A program made the translations under genes and the position numbers. Below the pieces are notes generated by a model. The model was not told the DNA's origin, made no database searches, and was given only the letters and a program-made list of their open reading frames with translations. This document shows positions 58,917-64,000 of a DNA stretch of 64,000 bases, piece after piece; the first letter of the stretch is position 1; the number at the start of each line of letters is the position of its first letter. Source of the DNA: a virus; the IMG/VR virus record IMGVR_UViG_3300023174_000082, positions 32,001-96,000 of that record; one strand, written 5' to 3'.

Positions 58917-59682
58917 GGCAGAACAGCAAGACACACTATCTCAACTCAAGCAAAATCTCAATGAGTATGTACAGCTTCAGCTGGGCAGTCAAATCATTGA
59001 TCTTGAACTAGATCCCGAACATTACGAAGCGGCATATCAAAAGACCATTGGCACCTATCGTCAACGTGCTAACAATGCCTATGAAGAAAGCTACAGCTTC
59101 ATGTACTTGGTCAAGGACGAAAACATCTACCAACTGCCGCAAGAAGTTGTAAGTGTGCGCCAAATATTCCGTAGAACATTTGGTGATGCAACTGGCCCAT
59201 ACGCAAGTAATTTTGATCCGTTTAGTCAAGCCAGCTTGAATGTGTATCTGATGAACTTTAACGTGGCTGGTGGCTTGGCCACGTATGACTTTTACAGTCA
59301 GTACGTTGAGTTGGCTGCCAGAATGTTTGGCGGCTACATGAATTACACATGGAATCCTGTAACTAAAAAACTGCAATTGATCCGTGATCCCAAAGGTACC
59401 GGCGAAGCTGTGTTGTTGTGGACTTACAACTTGAAACCAGAAATCAATTTGCTCAGCGACTATCAAATTCAACAATGGATCCGTGACTACATGGTTGCCA
59501 ACTGCAAAATGATCATTGGTGAAGCCCGTGAGAAGTTTGGTCAGATAGCTGGCCCACAGGGCGGTGGTACCCTAAATGGCACTGCCATGAAAGCCGAAGC
59601 GCAAACCCAAATGGATGCTCTTCTTGAACAACTCAAAATGTATGTGGACGGCAGTCAGCCGTTGACTTGGGTAATTGGATAA
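58915..59682 (+). CDS. gp13: Neck protein (T4 gp13-like)
   Basis: LG..IIDLEL...Y, Y.LP.EV.SV, WIRDY..A..K..IG....KF..I.GP.GG.TLNG. Confidence 0.85.
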   Translation: MAEQQDTLSQLKQNLNEYVQLQLGSQIIDLELDPEHYEAAYQKTIGTYRQRANNAYEESYSFMYLVKDENIYQLPQEVVSVRQIFRRTFGDATGPYASNFDPFSQASLNVYLMNFNVAGGLATYDFYSQYVELAARMFGGYMNYTWNPVTKKLQLIRDPKGTGEAVLLWTYNLKPEINLLSDYQIQQWIRDYMVANCKMIIGEAREKFGQIAGPQGGGTLNGTAMKAEAQTQMDALLEQLKMYVDGSQPLTWVIG

Positions 59683-59711
59683 TTGACACAAACATAAATC
59701 CCTGCTATAAT
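59683..59711 (+). promoter_or_regulatory. Consensus sigma70 early promoter
   Basis: TTGACA-17 nt-TATAAT with extended -10 TG. Confidence 0.9.
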
Positions 59712-59716
59712 GTAGC

Positions 59717-60238
59717 ATGGACTTAATGATCGATCTTGAGGGCTTGGGAACAGGCCCTGACACCACTATTCTTACCATTGCCGCCCAAGCGTTTGATCCG
59801 TTTGGCTCTGGCTATTACGAGCAATCATTCTATGCTAGGGTTACACTGGAAAGCCAGGAAACCCGTAGCATACAGCAAGGCACCATAGAGTGGTGGTCCA
59901 CACAACCTGCGGTGGTTCGTGATGAAGCATTTGCTGAAGATGGCCGTATACCCTTGGATGAGGCGCTTGATGGCTTGGGCCGACTAATTTGGCACTCCAA
60001 ACGAATCTGGGCACAAGGTCCAACATACGACATGAACATCCTGGAGCATGCCTACAAGAGTTACAACAAACCCTTGCCCTGGCAGTACTATATGGTACGT
60101 GACAGTCGTACAGTGTTCTCGTTGTGGCCCGACCAGCCCATTCCGCCTACCAGTCACCATGCACTAGAAGACTGCCGCCGACAAATAGGCATGCTACAAA
60201 ACACACTCAAGCATCTTAGAGTTCAAGACCTAAAGTAA
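59717..60238 (+). CDS. DEDDh 3'-5' exonuclease (T4 DexA/Rv2179c-like)
   Basis: MIDLE, WAQG..YD..IL, RDSRT, HHALED. Confidence 0.85.
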   Translation: MDLMIDLEGLGTGPDTTILTIAAQAFDPFGSGYYEQSFYARVTLESQETRSIQQGTIEWWSTQPAVVRDEAFAEDGRIPLDEALDGLGRLIWHSKRIWAQGPTYDMNILEHAYKSYNKPLPWQYYMVRDSRTVFSLWPDQPIPPTSHHALEDCRRQIGMLQNTLKHLRVQDLK

Positions 60239-60243
60239 TTGGC

Positions 60244-61320
60244 ATGACACACGTAATTACATTTGACTTTGGTGGTAAATTCAGTCCTGTTTCGTATCAA
60301 AAACTTTTGACTGATATTGCTACCGCGGCCAACACAAGTAAAGACGTTGTTGTGCTGGGCTGTAGAGAAGAAGATTGCAACCCTTCTGAAAATTACGTTC
60401 AAACGCTAGAACTACAAAAGTACATACATGATCTTGGCATGAAATTTTGTGTTCTGTTCAATCATTACACTCAGTACACCAATGAACACATGCCAGGTAT
60501 TGATGTTGGCTATGTTGATTTCATGTTGTTGAAAACAATTTATCATGCACCTGCTCCACTGCCCAGGCAAGGAAATCGCATTTTATTTTTGATGGGTAAA
60601 CCCAACAGACTACACCGAGCCCCTCTGTTGTACAAATTTTATGAACACAATCAACTTGATCGTCTAAGTTGGTCACTGTTTGTGCCCAAACCAATTGAAG
60701 ATCAAGTGAGAAATCTGATTCCCACTGCAAGTAATCAACAATGGCAAGATTTTTTAGCATTACAGCGCAGTCCAGATGGAGTGGTACCTTTACTAAGTGG
60801 CGACAGTATTCACATCTGTAATTATTTTTGTTATGATGCAACTGTATTTGCAGATGCCAACATGAGTTTGATCAGTGAAAGTATGTTTGAACAACACACT
60901 TTAACGTCGGCCCGTGCCACAGAAAAAACCTATAAAACAATCAACAATCGACATCCTTTTGTGATTGCTGGTCCTGTAGGTACATTGGCAAGACTTCAAT
61001 CGTTAGGATACAAAACTTTTGAAAATTATTTGCCTTGCCCGGACTATGATCAAGAAATTGATGTTGACAAACGGCTAGAACAAATTTACAAAAACACTCT
61101 GGCATTGCATGAATTGGTTACAACTGATCCAAAAATTCTTGCAGATGATGTAGAACATAATTATACTGTGAATCAGCAACGTTACCAGCAAGAACTTGAT
61201 TGTGTGTCTGCCATGCTAACAAAGTATGGCTATTGTGGATTGCCCATTGATGTTCTTATGATGCATGATCAAATAGCACCAAATGCATTGACAGAGAAAT
61301 TTATACAGATCAACAAATGA
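60244..61320 (+). CDS. Hypothetical protein, possible glycosyltransferase-like
   Basis: K...HR, SLISES...TEKTYK.I...HPF...G....L...GYKTF pattern. Confidence 0.5.
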   Translation: MTHVITFDFGGKFSPVSYQKLLTDIATAANTSKDVVVLGCREEDCNPSENYVQTLELQKYIHDLGMKFCVLFNHYTQYTNEHMPGIDVGYVDFMLLKTIYHAPAPLPRQGNRILFLMGKPNRLHRAPLLYKFYEHNQLDRLSWSLFVPKPIEDQVRNLIPTASNQQWQDFLALQRSPDGVVPLLSGDSIHICNYFCYDATVFADANMSLISESMFEQHTLTSARATEKTYKTINNRHPFVIAGPVGTLARLQSLGYKTFENYLPCPDYDQEIDVDKRLEQIYKNTLALHELVTTDPKILADDVEHNYTVNQQRYQQELDCVSAMLTKYGYCGLPIDVLMMHDQIAPNALTEKFIQINK

Positions 61321-62405
61321 CCAAATCTAATTTCATGTGCAAAGCACCTTGGGTTAGCGTAGCGTTCCAACCCAGTGGCCAAGCTGGGCCGTGCTGTGTT
61401 TATGAATTGAACTGTCTTAAACCAGTGGGTGATCCTATTGCGGATACATTTAAACAAGAACGTGCAGATTTTTTAACAGGCACTGTGCCACCAGGATGTA
61501 AAAAATGTCATTACAGTTTTTTGGAAACTGGGAAAAGCTATGCAAACACATTTGATCAGTACTATACTGACTTTGACAAAGTTCACGTACAAGAAATAAA
61601 TGTCAAATCAAACAACATTTGCAATTTGGCCTGCAGGAGTTGTGGACCGCACTTTAGTTCCAAGTGGGAAGAAGAATTTGCTCCGTTGATAAAAATAACC
61701 AAAGACAACACAGTATCAGAAAAACTAAAGTTATTAAACATAACCAAACTCAGAAGGATAGTGATAGCCGGCGGCGAACCCACACTAACTCAAGAACATG
61801 TTGATTTATTGCAAACTCTAGTGGATATAGGGCACACCAATGTTGAAATACGCATTTCAATTAATCTTACAAATTTAAAATACAAACAAACAGACTTGGT
61901 ATCTTTGTGGAAAAAATTTCCCAACTTACTTTTACAACTCAGCATTGATGCTGTAGAAGACCGCGCCTCAAACATACGGTCCGGCACTGACTGGGAGTTA
62001 GTAAGCGCCAATCTCAAAACTGTCATTGACAGCGGAATATCATACTATGTCAATGTAACAGTAAGTGCATTGAACATTTGGTTTCTTGAAGAAACATTAC
62101 TGCATTTGAAAAATACTTACAATATTAAAAACGTTAATTTTACACCGCTGATTGGTCCAGAAGAACTAAGCATACAGGTAATTCCAGACCAATATCGGGC
62201 TCAGTTAGATCAAATGCTTACTCGTTGTGAAAACATGGGCTACACCCTTAAACAAGTTAAAGCATTTTTTCATAGCAATCACAGACCAGATTTGTGGACA
62301 AAATTTTTAATATACAACCTCATGTTAGATCAAACAAGGAACGAAAGTTTTTTTAAAACTTTGCCTATAAAAAACGATCTAATAAGTCAGTGGCTTGCCC
62401 TTTAA
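61317..62405 (+). CDS. Radical SAM protein with N-terminal Cys-rich (twitch/SPASM-like) domain
   Basis: C.APW...PCC N-terminus, CNLACRSC, GGEP, LSIDA. Confidence 0.85.
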   Translation: MTKSNFMCKAPWVSVAFQPSGQAGPCCVYELNCLKPVGDPIADTFKQERADFLTGTVPPGCKKCHYSFLETGKSYANTFDQYYTDFDKVHVQEINVKSNNICNLACRSCGPHFSSKWEEEFAPLIKITKDNTVSEKLKLLNITKLRRIVIAGGEPTLTQEHVDLLQTLVDIGHTNVEIRISINLTNLKYKQTDLVSLWKKFPNLLLQLSIDAVEDRASNIRSGTDWELVSANLKTVIDSGISYYVNVTVSALNIWFLEETLLHLKNTYNIKNVNFTPLIGPEELSIQVIPDQYRAQLDQMLTRCENMGYTLKQVKAFFHSNHRPDLWTKFLIYNLMLDQTRNESFFKTLPIKNDLISQWLAL

Positions 62406-62417
62406 CAGGAAAAATAT

Positions 62418-63068
62418 ATGATCATTGGTATATGTGGATTCATTGGGTCTGGTAAAGACACCATTGCTGATTATTTGGTAAATTTACATCACTTTCGTAG
62501 AGAAAGTTTTGCAAGTACTTTGAAAGATGCTGTGGCTCAAGTGTTTGGATGGGACAGAACCTTGTTAGAAGGACGTACAAAACAAGCCCGAGAATGGCGC
62601 GAGCGTGTGGATCCATGGTGGGCAGATCGCCTGGGTATGCCCACACTAACACCACGCTGGATCTTGCAATACTGGGGTACAGAAGTATGCAGAGCAGGAT
62701 TTCACGATGACATTTGGATTGCCAGCTTGGAAAACAAACTGCGCCACAGCCAGGATGATGTTGTGATTTCAGACTGCCGTTTTCCCAACGAAATTCTAGC
62801 CATTAAGAACGCTGGCGGACGTGTGATTCGTGTAGTGCGCGGACCCGAGCCTGCTTGGTACAATGCGGCTGTAAGTGTTAATCGTGGTGCCAATGGCAAT
62901 TCAACATGGGCATTGAGTCGAAATAAGTTAGAAAAACTTAAAATTCATGCAAGCGAAACTGCATGGGTAGGCACTGATTTTGATGCTGTGTTAGACAATA
63001 ACGGTACACTGGATGACCTGTATCAGCAGGTCAAGAGTCTGGTTCAAGATCCCCAGGCTTCCATGTAG
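62418..63068 (+). CDS. gp1: Deoxynucleoside monophosphate kinase (T4 gp1-like)
   Basis: GFIGSGKDT P-loop, FA..LKD, TPR.ILQ..GTE, VISDCRFPNE. Confidence 0.9.
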   Translation: MIIGICGFIGSGKDTIADYLVNLHHFRRESFASTLKDAVAQVFGWDRTLLEGRTKQAREWRERVDPWWADRLGMPTLTPRWILQYWGTEVCRAGFHDDIWIASLENKLRHSQDDVVISDCRFPNEILAIKNAGGRVIRVVRGPEPAWYNAAVSVNRGANGNSTWALSRNKLEKLKIHASETAWVGTDFDAVLDNNGTLDDLYQQVKSLVQDPQASM

Positions 63069-63375
63069 AATCTGTACGTTTTAAATCTGCCACACAATTC
63101 AAACACACAGTCTTTAGATTACGAAGCTCACAGTTATTGAGGTTACTATCCACATGGTATACCAACAACTGACTGTGATGTCTGGCCTTAAACCCACATC
63201 GATCACATGTGGGTTTTTTCTTATATCCACTTGATTGCCAGCGCGGCACTGGTGCTTTGATTTTGCGATTTTTCTTTATGCAAGTTTCGCAACGACTGCG
63301 ATAGTATATCTTGCCATCTCTATAACAGTTTACAGCTCGAGGCCGTTGATTACATGCCGGACATACAGGTCTCAT
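63031..63375 (-). CDS. Zn-finger/HNH-like protein, 114 aa
   Basis: CxxC pairs plus VYHVDSNLNN...NLKTVCLNC; TAAATA 4 nt upstream. Confidence 0.7.
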   Translation of the reverse strand: MRPVCPACNQRPRAVNCYRDGKIYYRSRCETCIKKNRKIKAPVPRWQSSGYKKKPTCDRCGFKARHHSQLLVYHVDSNLNNCELRNLKTVCLNCVADLKRTDSTWKPGDLEPDS

Positions 63376-63470
63376 GTGGTATTTATGCTCAAACCTTACG
63401 GTAAGGGCAGTCTACGACACCGTTTTTTGAATATACCCATAAATATCTACAACTTGAAAAGGAACCCACC

Positions 63471-64000
63471 ATGGCTCTAGTATCCCCAGGCGTAGAAGTA
63501 ACAGTAATTGACGAAAGTCAATATATCCCTTCAGCCGTTAACACCGTACCGTATTTTCTCATTGCCACTGCACAAAACAAAGTGTCCGGCGATGGAGTAA
63601 CTGTTGCTGCTGGCACAACTGCTGCCAACGCCAACAAGACTTATTTAATCACCAGTCAACGAGATTTGGTGGCCACTTTTGGTGTGCCATTCTTTTATTC
63701 TACCACAACTGGAACTCCTATCAACGGTTACGAACTCAACGAATATGGCTTGCTTGCCGCTTATTCAGCACTAGGCGTCACAAATCGTGCCTACATACAA
63801 CGTTGCGACATTGACTTAACTGAACTTACTGCTAGTTTGACTCGTCCAGTGGGCGAACCAGCTGACGGTACCTACTGGTTGGATACATCAACTTCAGTTT
63901 GGGGCATCCAAGAGTGGAATGAAACCACCAATGTTTTCACTGTTAATGCACCAATTCAAATTATCAGCACAGATGACGTTGTTGATGCCGCAGGCGGAGA
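63471..64000 (+). CDS. gp18: Tail sheath protein (T4 gp18-like), truncated by window end
   Basis: Translates MALVSPGVEVTVIDESQY...ITSQRDLVATFG.P; TAAATA at 63440-63445 and AAGGA RBS. Confidence 0.88.
   Translation, partial: MALVSPGVEVTVIDESQYIPSAVNTVPYFLIATAQNKVSGDGVTVAAGTTAANANKTYLITSQRDLVATFGVPFFYSTTTGTPINGYELNEYGLLAAYSALGVTNRAYIQRCDIDLTELTASLTRPVGEPADGTYWLDTSTSVWGIQEWNETTNVFTVNAPIQIISTDDVVDAAGG

Noticed and set aside
1-64000. Stop-codon reassignment as in some large phages
   Set aside because: Conserved genes are full length under the standard code and coding density is high

Overview
The window is part of a large T4-superfamily (T4-like/jumbo) myovirus genome, almost fully coding. It holds baseplate genes (gp6, gp25, gp5, hub, gp53, gp48/54-like), the late sigma factor gp55, the gp47/gp46 nuclease pair, a tape measure protein, the head module (gp20, gp21, gp22, gp23), a large block of Gly/Asn/Thr-repeat fibre genes (one of 2751 aa), neck and tail-completion genes (gp13, gp14, gp15), dNMP kinase and the start of the tail sheath gene. 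Accessory genes are interspersed: three radical SAM enzymes, an MTA/SAH nucleosidase, an Arg-tRNA-transferase-like protein, glycosyltransferase-like proteins, Nudix, a DEDD exonuclease, GIY-YIG and HNH proteins. Main observations: (1) an ORF-free, densely base-paired ~460-nt region directly behind a minimal GIY-YIG gene, a candidate large ncRNA and possible nuclease-RNA system; (2) an unannotated -1 slippery site joining the gp26-like gene to a gp51-like frame beside the tape measure gene; (3) late promoters (TAAATA) placed inside RBS-occluding hairpins, and many apparently leaderless transcripts; (4) late-expressed glycosyltransferase-like genes next to sequon-rich giant fibres. All calls come from motifs read by eye; no database searches or folding programs were run. 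No CRISPR array, tRNA or rRNA was recognised.
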